Of a DNA stretch of 64,000 bases, positions 48,258 to 57,153 are shown piece after piece. Made by a program: the position numbers and the translations under genes. The notes beneath the pieces were generated by a model that saw only the letters and a program-made list of their open reading frames with translations, was not told the DNA's origin and made no database searches. The stretch is from a virus. Numbering within the stretch: position 1 is the stretch's first letter; each line of letters begins with the position of its first letter. The stretch lies in IMG/VR virus record IMGVR_UViG_3300047560_000767, positions 6,356-70,355 of that record, one strand, 5' to 3'.

Positions 48258-49571
48258 TTAGACTTTACCGTTGTGTACGATAATTCCACCAGCAATTAAT
48301 GTATCTACTGGAGAAACGTTAAACTTATAAACTGTTCTAGCCTGATCAATAACCTCAATGCTGGTTACAGCAATTCCTGCTACTTCAACTTCATTAGCAT
48401 GGAATACTCTATCTCCAACCTTAAGATCTTGTATTTCTACAAATGATACTACGTCTCCAACTTGAGTAAGAACCTTTTCTCCCATTGTAAATCTCATGTC
48501 AAGGTTATCATTTAAAATAACGGTGCTTGACTTAGAAGATTCTTCAATAGCAATAACAGATGTCTTAACTCTTTGGTGCGAGTCTAAAGATTTATATGAT
48601 ATTTTTGCAAGTGGGTCAATTAGTTCATCAACCATTCCATCCCATGTAATTGACCAAACGTTGTCTCCTACACGAATATCACTTGCTGGCTTATAACCAA
48701 TCATACCATCTTCGCTAACTACCGCAACTGGTGTGTCTTGGTCAATGCAGTATCTCAAAGGTGTGAATGAGTATGCAGTTGGTGTGAACGAATATGGCGT
48801 AAAAGAGTATGGTGTAAAAGAGTACGGTACAAATGAGTAAGGCACAAATGAGTAAGGCACAAATGAGTACGGTACGAATGAGTACGGGGTAAATGAATAA
48901 GGAACAAAAGAATACGGCGTAAATGAATACGGTGTAAACGAAAATGGAGTAAATGAGAATGGGGTAAATGAGAACGTAGTGACGTTTGCTGAGTTTTGAG
49001 AAGGGTCACTATTTCCATTATCATTTGTTGCATAAACGTTATATGTCTGTGCTGTTCCTGCTTCTTGTCCAACAGTTACAGATGTAGATGTCGTATCTCC
49101 AGACTTTCCATCAGATGATGTCCAGTGATAGTTTGTAATTGGCTTGCCACCATTATTGGGAGCAGACCAAGTGACAGTATCTTGTGCTGTATTGGCAACA
49201 GTTGCTGCGGTTGGTGCAGATGGCTGTGCTGGTTTGGTTGTTGCAGTTACTGTACCAGATGTGGTACCTGCAGATGATCCAGAAGCATTTTTAGCAACTA
49301 CGGTTACTGTATACTGTCCACTAGATGCTAAACCAGTTAAAGTTGCTGATGTAGTGGTAACATTAACTGTTGTAGTAGCAGGGTTAGTTGTTACATCATA
49401 ACTTGTCGCTGCAGGAGAGTTTGCTGGCAATGTCCAAGAAACGGTAAAAGAACCATCATTGTATGCTCTGCCTACACCAACATCTGTTACAGTTAATCCC
49501 GTAACATCTAGTGGTGATAAAAAGTTATCCTGTGCGGATGACTTAATTCCTATTCGCTTGCTTGTAGCCAT
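48258..49571 (-). CDS. 2xFN3 + pentapeptide repeat + C-terminal Hint domain protein
   Basis: FN3 motifs (VSW..P, Y.V.A.N..G, WSAP.NGG.PIT.Y); 14 repeats; C...DIRVGD...VY...VHN. Confidence 0.85.
   Translation of the reverse strand: MATSKRIGIKSSAQDNFLSPLDVTGLTVTDVGVGRAYNDGSFTVSWTLPANSPAATSYDVTTNPATTTVNVTTTSATLTGLASSGQYTVTVVAKNASGSSAGTTSGTVTATTKPAQPSAPTAATVANTAQDTVTWSAPNNGGKPITNYHWTSSDGKSGDTTSTSVTVGQEAGTAQTYNVYATNDNGNSDPSQNSANVTTFSFTPFSFTPFSFTPYSFTPYSFVPYSFTPYSFVPYSFVPYSFVPYSFVPYSFTPYSFTPYSFTPTAYSFTPLRYCIDQDTPVAVVSEDGMIGYKPASDIRVGDNVWSITWDGMVDELIDPLAKISYKSLDSHQRVKTSVIAIEESSKSSTVILNDNLDMRFTMGEKVLTQVGDVVSFVEIQDLKVGDRVFHANEVEVAGIAVTSIEVIDQARTVYKFNVSPVDTLIAGGIIVHNGKV
48759..48974 (-). repeat. 14 x [FY]SF[TV]P pentapeptide (15-nt) coding repeat
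   Basis: Direct reading; synonymous codon variation between units. Confidence 0.95.
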
Positions 49572-49592
49572 TTATTTCTCCTTTAAGTTTTA

Positions 49593-51680
49593 TTATGCTG
49601 AGAGGTCGCCCATTACTACCCATGTGTCTGTTGCACGCTTGAATAGTGTTGCGGATGACCACTGTGTACGCAATTTCAATCCTGGTGTTCCATTAACTGT
49701 CACACCTGCTGCACCTGCGATTGTTACCTGACCTGTTGAAGTCTGAAGGATATCAATTGATGTTCCTACAGGGAATGCTGCTGTAGCATTTGTTGGAATT
49801 GTAACTGTTGTTGCTGATGCATTGCTTACTTCAACCAAAGAGTCTCTATCTGTAAGAACTACAGTATAAGATGCTGTTTGCTGGTTGATTGGTGTACGAG
49901 ATGGTACACCTTGCTTTGTTTGAGTTCCATCTGAGAATGCTACACCAGATGCTGTTGCAGTTACTAGGCCAGATGCTGTAATTGCTGCAGCATTAACTGT
50001 TCCAGTAAATGTAGGGTCTGCCTTTGGTGCCTTTGCATCAATCTGTGTCTGAATTGCTGAAGTTACACCATCAAGATATTGGAGTTCTGTATTTGATACA
50101 TTTCCAATAGTTGCTGATGTTGCTTCAAGTGCTCCCAGAACTAAAGTATCATAGTTAACGCTAGTTAAATCAATGACATTTGAGGTAGGTTCTGCACCAT
50201 TTGAAATAAGTTTCCACTTACCAGAATCTGATGCATCACGGAAAAGACCTGTGTGCTTATGTCCTACACCAGAACCTGGATAGTATGCTCCGTACACACC
50301 AATATCAAGTGCATCTGATGACGTATTTTGATCTGCTAGATAAATAAGTGAGTCATCAACAACAAGGTTATTTGCAGAAACTGTAGTTGTTGTTCCAGAT
50401 ACTGTAAGGTTTCCAGAAATTACCACGTCTGCAGCATTTAATGTGCCTGTAAATGTTGGTGCTGCTTTTGGAGCCTTAAGGTCAAGTGCTGTTTGTGTAG
50501 CACTTGAGATTGGCTTATTCGCATCTGAAGTATTGTCAACGTTTCCGAGGCCAACATCTGCCTTTACAAGGCCTGAAGGCGAAGTAATTGTCTTATTTGT
50601 AAGAGTCTGTGTTCCATCTGTTGTTACCAACTTAGATGTGTCTGTAATACCGTGAACAGATGTTGTATCTGCTTCGTGAGTAGAAACTGCAGAATTAACA
50701 TATGTCTTAGTTGCTAGGGCAGATGTATCGGCAATCCCGTGTACGTTTGTAGTATCTGCTTCGTGAGTAGAAACTGCAGAATCTGCATATGCCTTAGTAG
50801 CCAATGCTGATGTATCAGAGATACCGTGAACATTTGTAGTATCGTTTGCGTGTGCATCTAGTTCTGAGTGAATAACTAAGTCTGCTGTGTCAGCAATACC
50901 ATGAATGTTTGTAGTATCTGAACTGTGAGTACTTACTGCTGCATCTGCATAGTCTTCTGCACCAGTGATATCTGACTGATATGCAAGATTTGCTGTATCA
51001 GCAATACCGTGAACATTTGTAGTGTCTAATGAGTGTGTTCCAACAGCACCTGTTGCAAACTGTTCAGCATTTGATTGAGCAGATGAAACTTCTGACTTTA
51101 GAGCAAGTAGAGAAGTATCTGCAATGCCATGTACGTTTGTGCTGTCTGCTAAGTGTGTTGATAAAATTCCATCTGCGTATGTTGTTGCCTGACTTTTAGC
51201 ATTTTCAACATATGCTTCTGTTGCTAAGAGAGATGTGTCTGCGATACCGTGTACATTTGTAGTATCAGAATTGTGGGTGCTTACTGCACTGCCAATATTA
51301 GATGCAATTGTAGTTGTTATAAGTTCATCTGAATGTTGGTTTGCAAGACTAACGGCAAAGGCAACGTTTTCATCTAGAGTAGTTGAGAGATTTGCAAAGA
51401 ATTCTGGGTCATCATTGATTGCTGCTGCTAATTCGTTCATTGTGTTTAGCAGGTCTGGTGCACCATCAACAAGGTTAGAAATGGCTGCATTGATTGCATC
51501 TTGAACGCCTGCTGCAGATGCATCTAAGAAGTATGACAAATCTGCCCAATGGTTAGTTCCATCACCAATCTTAAATTTACCTGTATCGGATTCAAAACCG
51601 ATTTCTGCTGCTGCTAAAATTGGGTTAGCAGTTGTCCATTGTGTCGCAGTACCTCTGCGTTGTTGCATTCTTGTTGCCAT
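49593..51680 (-). CDS. tail fibre with Mtd-N-like N-terminus, His repeats and a GDL-type C-domain
   Basis: MATRMQQRRGT..W...NPIL...EIGFESDTGKFKIGDG; 7 HxxD[TS]Tx[VI]HGI repeats. Confidence 0.8.
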   Translation of the reverse strand: MATRMQQRRGTATQWTTANPILAAAEIGFESDTGKFKIGDGTNHWADLSYFLDASAAGVQDAINAAISNLVDGAPDLLNTMNELAAAINDDPEFFANLSTTLDENVAFAVSLANQHSDELITTTIASNIGSAVSTHNSDTTNVHGIADTSLLATEAYVENAKSQATTYADGILSTHLADSTNVHGIADTSLLALKSEVSSAQSNAEQFATGAVGTHSLDTTNVHGIADTANLAYQSDITGAEDYADAAVSTHSSDTTNIHGIADTADLVIHSELDAHANDTTNVHGISDTSALATKAYADSAVSTHEADTTNVHGIADTSALATKTYVNSAVSTHEADTTSVHGITDTSKLVTTDGTQTLTNKTITSPSGLVKADVGLGNVDNTSDANKPISSATQTALDLKAPKAAPTFTGTLNAADVVISGNLTVSGTTTTVSANNLVVDDSLIYLADQNTSSDALDIGVYGAYYPGSGVGHKHTGLFRDASDSGKWKLISNGAEPTSNVIDLTSVNYDTLVLGALEATSATIGNVSNTELQYLDGVTSAIQTQIDAKAPKADPTFTGTVNAAAITASGLVTATASGVAFSDGTQTKQGVPSRTPINQQTASYTVVLTDRDSLVEVSNASATTVTIPTNATAAFPVGTSIDILQTSTGQVTIAGAAGVTVNGTPGLKLRTQWSSATLFKRATDTWVVMGDLSA
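50630..51280 (-). repeat. 7 x HxxD[TS]T[NS][VI]HGIxDT coding repeat (approximate limits)
   Basis: Direct reading of the translation. Confidence 0.85.
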
Positions 51681-51737
51681 AGTCTTTTACTCTCCTTTTT
51701 TGGGTTTTACCCATTATGCCAATTATAGCATTATTTA

Positions 51738-52196
51738 TTAATTAAAATTGTCTACTGCAATTCCGCCATCCCAAAATGCATTCCATGATGTAACATCATA
51801 AGTGCCTGCATCTTGTAGAACTCCAGCAGAGTTATAGAATCCAGCCTCCACTAAAATACTTGCAATTAATCCATTTCCGTCAATTGAAGTATCGTGAATG
51901 TGGTCCTGTAAAGTTTCTGCATCAGCAAGATTCGCTTGTGGAATCCATACTGAATTATAAAATACATAAACTCTCTCTGTTAATGTATCTAGCCATTGCT
52001 GACCATTTGTTGGTGAAGAGGGAGCGGTAGACCCAACAGTCATAGAAGAACTGCCTAGTGCATCATCAACATATTGCTTTGTAGCAGCATGATCACTTAG
52101 TGTAGGAGAGCCTACAACTACTGCACCTCCAAAACTACCGCCGTTTGCGACCTGTAGTCCATTCTTTACTTTAAAATCTTTGTCTACTGTAGCCAA
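51738..52196 (-). CDS. virion fibre-associated protein
   Basis: KDFKVKNGL N-terminus, HAATKQYVD, APSSP..G..W.D motifs. Confidence 0.65.
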   Translation of the reverse strand: MATVDKDFKVKNGLQVANGGSFGGAVVVGSPTLSDHAATKQYVDDALGSSSMTVGSTAPSSPTNGQQWLDTLTERVYVFYNSVWIPQANLADAETLQDHIHDTSIDGNGLIASILVEAGFYNSAGVLQDAGTYDVTSWNAFWDGGIAVDNFN

Positions 52197-52223
52197 GATT
52201 TACCACTCCCTCTTAATTTTTTA

Positions 52224-53798
52224 TTATGCAAGTAATGTTCCGACAACAGTAACTTCTGAGTTATTGTTAGCGGTTGTTACCTGTAGTTCAACATTGCTTC
52301 CAGACATTCCTGCTGAAATTGATGATGCTGAACCATTTGTTCCAACGATTGCATATTCTGTAATAGCAATGTTATCTGAAGTATCAAGGGTAAGCATTAC
52401 CTTTGAAATTTCTGTGTGTGTGCCATAAGCAACCTTTACCAAGAATTCTGCTGAACGATAATCTCCAGAGTCGAATGCATATGCTGTCTGAATTCCAGCA
52501 ACTGGTGCTGAAAGGCTAGAAGCAACTTGCTTTGCAACTGAGTTAAGATCAATCTCAACAAAGTTTGGTGTTACTGCTTCAAGTGCAGATACTGCACGAG
52601 AGTCTGTGAAGTATAGGTTTGTTGAACCTTCTTCTAGGTCATCAGTTGTAGAATCTGCTACACCGTTTTCAGCAGTAATAGTAAGTCCTGAACCTGTACC
52701 TGTAATTGTAATGTTTGTAAGATTTGCAGTAGTCAAAAGATCTGCTGCTGAACTTCTTGCACGAGAATCTGTAAAGTATTGGTTTGATCCCTCTTCAATA
52801 TCAGATGTTGAAAGTGCATTGATTGCATTATCTGTGTATGTTGCTGCAGCATTTTGTGCATTTGTAGCAGCACCTAGAGCATCATATGTATTAGATAGGT
52901 CTAGGTTAATAATTGCATTGTCAGTGTAAAGATTAGCAGCATCTTCTGCATTTCCAGCAGCATTATCTGCATAGGTCTGTGCATTTGTTTGTGCCGAATC
53001 TGCATAACCTTGTGCAAGACCATTGTAGTATGAGTCTTGATTATCTACATAGGTTGTATCAGCCTTAGTTCCAACAAGGTTGGCAACATCTGATGCATAG
53101 TTTGGATTATCAGCAATTGCTGCAGCCAATTCATTGAGTGTGTCAAGAAGTGCTGGTGCTGAATCTACAAGTGCTGCAACTTCTTGATCTGTATAAGCCT
53201 TTGCATCATTGAGGGCAGTTGTTGCTGCACCAAGTGCATCATATGTACCAGATAGGTTAAGATTTGAAATTGACTGATCTGTGTATGAGTTAGCATCTGC
53301 AACTGCATTATCATAAGCACCCTGTGCAGAACCTACTGGATCATAGTTAGATGCAAGTGAGTCTGCATAGTTTTCTGCCTGCTGAACTGCAGAACTAATT
53401 TCACCATTGGTGTAGTTATTTGCAGAATTTAAAGCATCTTGTGCAGAACCTGCCTCATCCCAAAGTCCAACGTTAGCATCTACTGCTCTTTGATCTGTAA
53501 AATACTTGTTTGTACCCTCTGAAATTTCTGTTGTTGAGTGACCTGATAGGCTGTCAACATATGCTGCTGTACCATCAAGATCTGCTGTAATTGTGCCTGC
53601 TGCAAAATTACCATTTTGATCACGCTTTACTACTGTCTCTGGTGTATTCGCAGATGTTGCTGTTCCACCAATAAGATTGACGATATAGTCTAAATCGCCC
53701 TGCTTCTTTGTAAGAATGTCTTGTCCATTGATTGTACCTGTTGTACCTTCAACTACAAGCCCATGCTTTACCTTAAAGTCTTTATTTACTGTTGCCAT
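52224..53798 (-). CDS. fibre protein with coiled-coil shaft and EG..N.YFT repeats
   Basis: KDFKVKHGL N-terminus; LDTLNELAAA; three EGxxN[KQL]YFTD units. Confidence 0.7.
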   Translation of the reverse strand: MATVNKDFKVKHGLVVEGTTGTINGQDILTKKQGDLDYIVNLIGGTATSANTPETVVKRDQNGNFAAGTITADLDGTAAYVDSLSGHSTTEISEGTNKYFTDQRAVDANVGLWDEAGSAQDALNSANNYTNGEISSAVQQAENYADSLASNYDPVGSAQGAYDNAVADANSYTDQSISNLNLSGTYDALGAATTALNDAKAYTDQEVAALVDSAPALLDTLNELAAAIADNPNYASDVANLVGTKADTTYVDNQDSYYNGLAQGYADSAQTNAQTYADNAAGNAEDAANLYTDNAIINLDLSNTYDALGAATNAQNAAATYTDNAINALSTSDIEEGSNQYFTDSRARSSAADLLTTANLTNITITGTGSGLTITAENGVADSTTDDLEEGSTNLYFTDSRAVSALEAVTPNFVEIDLNSVAKQVASSLSAPVAGIQTAYAFDSGDYRSAEFLVKVAYGTHTEISKVMLTLDTSDNIAITEYAIVGTNGSASSISAGMSGSNVELQVTTANNNSEVTVVGTLLA

Positions 53799-53815
53799 TT
53801 TTTATCTCCTTTTAT

Positions 53816-54262
53816 TTATGCCTTAAGTCCAATTCGTGCATAACGAACTGTGACTGGCTTAATTGCAGGATCTGGAGTGACTGTTAAAGCCACGGTATTT
53901 CCAGTCCGTGAGACATCAATGGTGCCAATATTCCCATCATTGTCTATTGTTCCATACTCAGAAACAGAGATATTCTCTCCGTCTACAAGGATAGTTAACT
54001 CTGTTGCATAAAATTTATTGTCTCCTGCAGATGTTTTTGCAATAGAAACAATATACTTAACCATTCGCCATACAGTTGCATCAAAGTTATCAACTACTGT
54101 AATGTTCTCAATTCCAGTAATTGTATTTTCGTTGTTTCCGTATGAACCTAAATCTGTCGATTGGGCCGAAGCGGTATCAATGAGGTCTTCATAATCTTCT
54201 TGAGATGGTCTATCTCCAGTTTGAAACTTAGACTTTACCGCAGCCAAGGATACTTTTGTCAT
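53816..54262 (-). CDS. virion protein
   Basis: FQTGDRPSQEDY.DLID N-terminus; C-domain similar to that of 52224..53798. Confidence 0.65.
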   Translation of the reverse strand: MTKVSLAAVKSKFQTGDRPSQEDYEDLIDTASAQSTDLGSYGNNENTITGIENITVVDNFDATVWRMVKYIVSIAKTSAGDNKFYATELTILVDGENISVSEYGTIDNDGNIGTIDVSRTGNTVALTVTPDPAIKPVTVRYARIGLKA

Positions 54263-54296
54263 GGTCTAATTATAACTCCTTTTTTTATTTTATATT

Positions 54297-54521
54297 TTAA
54301 AGGATATAGTTACTATATCCAATCACCTGGAGTGGGATTGGGGGAACGTTGTTTGGTCCATAACCCTCTACAACTATGCTGGTGAATTTTATTCTAAATG
54401 GCAAAACATCATTTATTATTGTTGTTCTGGTTAAATCTTTTAGATTAGATACGTAGTAATTATCGTTCTTTACAAACTTAGTTGTATGATTTGGTTTATT
54501 TATAACTGTTGATGATGCCAT
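54297..54521 (-). CDS. hypothetical protein
   Basis: Coupled ORF (TGATG overlap). Confidence 0.55.
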   Translation of the reverse strand: MASSTVINKPNHTTKFVKNDNYYVSNLKDLTRTTIINDVLPFRIKFTSIVVEGYGPNNVPPIPLQVIGYSNYIL

Positions 54522-54925
54522 CAGTCTGTTACATCTTCAATAACAGCAATACTTCCTTGAGCCACAGTCCAAACACGTGTTGGATCTGATAACTGAATAT
54601 CAAAGATGTCTCCCGTCTGAAGAATTACAGATTGTGTAGATGATAGATTTACAGTAAACTCTCCAGGAAGGTCGTTGTCATCTGCTGCTGGAAATAACTC
54701 TAAAACAATTGCAGCATCGTCAGTAATTACTCCAGCATTTTTTGGGTCATTTGGTCTCTTAATTTTCATATTAATAGTCCAATCTGGAATGTGCAATGGA
54801 CTCTTACTATCGTCTGTTACATAAACTTTAAAAGCAGAAGTATCTCCACGGACTACCGTCCATAAAACCTGTGGTGGAATATTTCCAACACTATAATTAC
54901 CAGAAGAACCTCTTAATTGTGCCAT
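54521..54925 (-). CDS. BppU-N-like Ig-fold virion protein (RGDT paralog 1)
   Basis: VVRGDT...FDIQL...G.I.V..DVT. Confidence 0.6.
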   Translation of the reverse strand: MAQLRGSSGNYSVGNIPPQVLWTVVRGDTSAFKVYVTDDSKSPLHIPDWTINMKIKRPNDPKNAGVITDDAAIVLELFPAADDNDLPGEFTVNLSSTQSVILQTGDIFDIQLSDPTRVWTVAQGSIAVIEDVTD

Positions 54926-54942
54926 AAAAAAATTATACCATA

Positions 54943-55458
54943 TTATGCAAGTCCATCACGGAGTGAACCCCATGTGCCATTGCCTTTTGCCTCTACAATA
55001 ATAACTCCAACAGTTGCATCGGATTTTGCCACAATTCCTACTGCTGCTGCTCCACCTGCTGGTCTAGTACTTGTTAGTGATCCAGAATCATTTACATAAA
55101 GGGTTGATCCTGCAGTCCAAGATGATGTATTAACATTTGATAAAACTCCAGCAACTACAGCAACACCTGTAGCACCTGATGCAATATCAGTTTTTAATAA
55201 ACCAAAAATTGGATAGTTTTCTCTTGTGGCTTTATCAACCACAGTGTATCCGTCAAAGCCTGTGACATAAACAGGGGTAGTGGCAATTAGATTTGTCCCA
55301 CTACCATTTTTTACTTTAACCTGAATAATTGATGTATCAATGCTGGCTAGGGCATCACGAACATCCTCTGCTAATACCTTAATGTCACCATGAACATTTA
55401 CATTGTCTGTTGACTCAGGATATTGAAGATTAAATTGCCCAGATGTTTGACCAGCCAT
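54943..55458 (-). CDS. virion decoration / cement-like protein
   Basis: LQYP..TD..NVHGDI..LA N-terminus; G..LYV..SG.LT...P beta-clip pattern. Confidence 0.55.
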   Translation of the reverse strand: MAGQTSGQFNLQYPESTDNVNVHGDIKVLAEDVRDALASIDTSIIQVKVKNGSGTNLIATTPVYVTGFDGYTVVDKATRENYPIFGLLKTDIASGATGVAVVAGVLSNVNTSSWTAGSTLYVNDSGSLTSTRPAGGAAAVGIVAKSDATVGVIIVEAKGNGTWGSLRDGLA

Positions 55459-55478
55459 AATAGTTAATTATATCATAA

Positions 55479-55952
55479 TTAATTGTTTTTAAAGGAATTT
55501 AAGAACTGTACCGTTTTTTCTCTAAGTTCAGAATATGTTCCAGTTTCAAACTCAGAGTCTGGTCTTTCTCTCATATGTGTGCAATACACTCGTGTTTGTC
55601 TCATACATTCAAGATGGAGGGGGTGAGTATCAGAAATCATTCTCGGACCTTGTTCATCATTAGGCACATGTTTTGATCCATCCCCCATCCATCTTATACA
55701 AATCTCATCATCTGAGAATTTAACAGAACAGTATCCACACAATCCTTCTGGTAAAACACGTTTTTCGTTATCTTCTATGACATAAAAAATATTTCCTTTT
55801 TCATTAAAAATTGGTGTGGATTGCCATGGAACAGGATTATTTTTATGTAAGCCATGGCTAAAATTATTTAAAAAATAGTCATCTAAACGTACCATTGGTC
55901 TTGGTAAGCCTTGTTTTTTACCCTTTTTAAAGATTTTAAAATAACTAGTCAT
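55479..55952 (-). CDS. hypothetical Cys/His zinc-binding protein (start reassigned to MTSYFK)
   Basis: CGYC...HPLHLEC...CTH; TGATATAAT 7 nt upstream. Confidence 0.55.
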   Translation of the reverse strand: MTSYFKIFKKGKKQGLPRPMVRLDDYFLNNFSHGLHKNNPVPWQSTPIFNEKGNIFYVIEDNEKRVLPEGLCGYCSVKFSDDEICIRWMGDGSKHVPNDEQGPRMISDTHPLHLECMRQTRVYCTHMRERPDSEFETGTYSELREKTVQFLNSFKNN

Positions 55953-55985
55953 ATTAATAATTATATCAAACAAAATGCTCAATAC

Positions 55986-56015
55986 TTGACTTTGGGTGTC
56001 AAAAGATGTTATACT
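55986..56015 (+). promoter_or_regulatory. sigma70/SigA promoter TTGACT-N18-TATACT with extended TG
   Basis: Near-consensus -35 and -10 upstream of the only plus-strand gene; SD AGGAGG. Confidence 0.75.
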
Positions 56016-56065
56016 TAGTCTTAGCACCCTTAAGCAAGGTGTTATTTGTTTCTTAAGGAGGAACT

Positions 56066-56686
56066 ATGATGAATTTTATGAATAATAAAAAACAAATCAT
56101 TGGCATACTCGCTGCCTGGCTAGTTTTTGGCATTACGGCTAACGCTGCAAATGCTTTGACTGTGCAGACAGAACCAACTGTTACATTTTTATCCAGCAAC
56201 CCGACTAGTAGTCCCGTTGCAAATTTAAAGGTCATGCCAGCCACCGACAAGGTGGCTTTAAACCTTTCTATGGGTAAAATTGCATATTTTAAAGCAACAA
56301 ACTTAACGCTTAAAAAATATGAAAATGTTCACAGCCTTACTAACAAACAGTTAAAAGAACTTTTGGCTGCTGTTGGTTTTAAGGGTCGTGGGCTAAAGTC
56401 TGCTTGGGCAATCGCAAAACGAGAGTCTAGTGGACAGCCATATCGTTTCAATGGCAACGCAAAGACTGGGGATAGTTCTTATGGACTATTTCAAATTAAT
56501 ATGATTGGATCTCTTGGTCCAATTCGCAGAGATACTTTTAATCTCAAAACAAATGCGGAATTATTTAATCCAGTCACGAATGCAAAAATAGCATTCTTCA
56601 TGTCAAAGAGTGGTACAGATTGGTCAGCATGGAAGGGACTAACCCCTAGAGCGAAGGCTCTTATGGCATCATATCCAAAGAAGTGA
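56066..56686 (+). CDS. secreted lytic transglycosylase (SLT / lysozyme-like)
   Basis: Signal peptide ending ANA; AIAKRESS (catalytic Glu), SYGLFQIN, LFNP..NA, WSAW. Confidence 0.88.
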   Translation: MMNFMNNKKQIIGILAAWLVFGITANAANALTVQTEPTVTFLSSNPTSSPVANLKVMPATDKVALNLSMGKIAYFKATNLTLKKYENVHSLTNKQLKELLAAVGFKGRGLKSAWAIAKRESSGQPYRFNGNAKTGDSSYGLFQINMIGSLGPIRRDTFNLKTNAELFNPVTNAKIAFFMSKSGTDWSAWKGLTPRAKALMASYPKK

Positions 56687-56926
56687 TTACCACTTCTCTA
56701 ATGGGCATGCTGCTTTAGCAAGGGTTGTCTTAACCTTCATGATACATCCGCACTTTTTACATTGTGTGGTTGGTTTAAAGTAAAATGGACAGGCCTGGCA
56801 GATAGACAAACGTTTATCTGCTAGGTCTGTTTTTACATATTCAGTAGAAGATTTTAATAAATCCCATGGGCGTGTTTCGCCTAGATTTTCTTTGTATCGT
56901 TCCCAGGCTGATTTGCTATCTGACAT
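56687..56926 (-). CDS. DUF6171-like Cys-rich protein
   Basis: R..IC..CP...QC..CGC.M..K..L..A.CP..KW. Confidence 0.8.
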   Translation of the reverse strand: MSDSKSAWERYKENLGETRPWDLLKSSTEYVKTDLADKRLSICQACPFYFKPTTQCKKCGCIMKVKTTLAKAACPLEKW

Positions 56927-56928
56927 TA

Positions 56929-57141
56929 TTATGCAGGTGGGTTAAAGTTTGTACCATCATATGTCCAGCCGAAATCAATATCGTGATTGATATCTGTTGT
57001 CTGAATGATAGTTGGATTTGAGGCAAGGGCAGCAATCATTCTATCCGTTGCATCTCCACCATCTGATGGGATAACGATTCGAACAGCAACGTCATTGCCT
57101 ACTACTGCAACAAAATATGAATTAGGATGTGTATTTGACAT
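56929..57141 (-). CDS. small fibre-associated protein
   Basis: GWTYDG..F.PP C-terminal motif; leaderless promoter. Confidence 0.6.
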   Translation of the reverse strand: MSNTHPNSYFVAVVGNDVAVRIVIPSDGGDATDRMIAALASNPTIIQTTDINHDIDFGWTYDGTNFNPPA

Positions 57142-57153
57142 ATGATTAGTATA

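Noticed and set aside
48755-49072. His-rich ORF and 15-nt periodicity suggesting a CRISPR array or separate gene
   Set aside because: Alternative frame of the pentapeptide repeat; no spacers and no constant nucleotide repeat
49593-51680. Diversity-generating retroelement suggested by the Mtd-like N-terminus
   Set aside because: No reverse transcriptase and no TR/VR pair seen in the window
55953-56027. N-terminal 25 aa of the 182-aa ORF
   Set aside because: Overlaps two divergent promoters; the ATG at 55952 fits a leaderless start
56016-56065. c-di-AMP riboswitch upstream of the transglycosylase
   Set aside because: The leader is only about 45 nt, far too short
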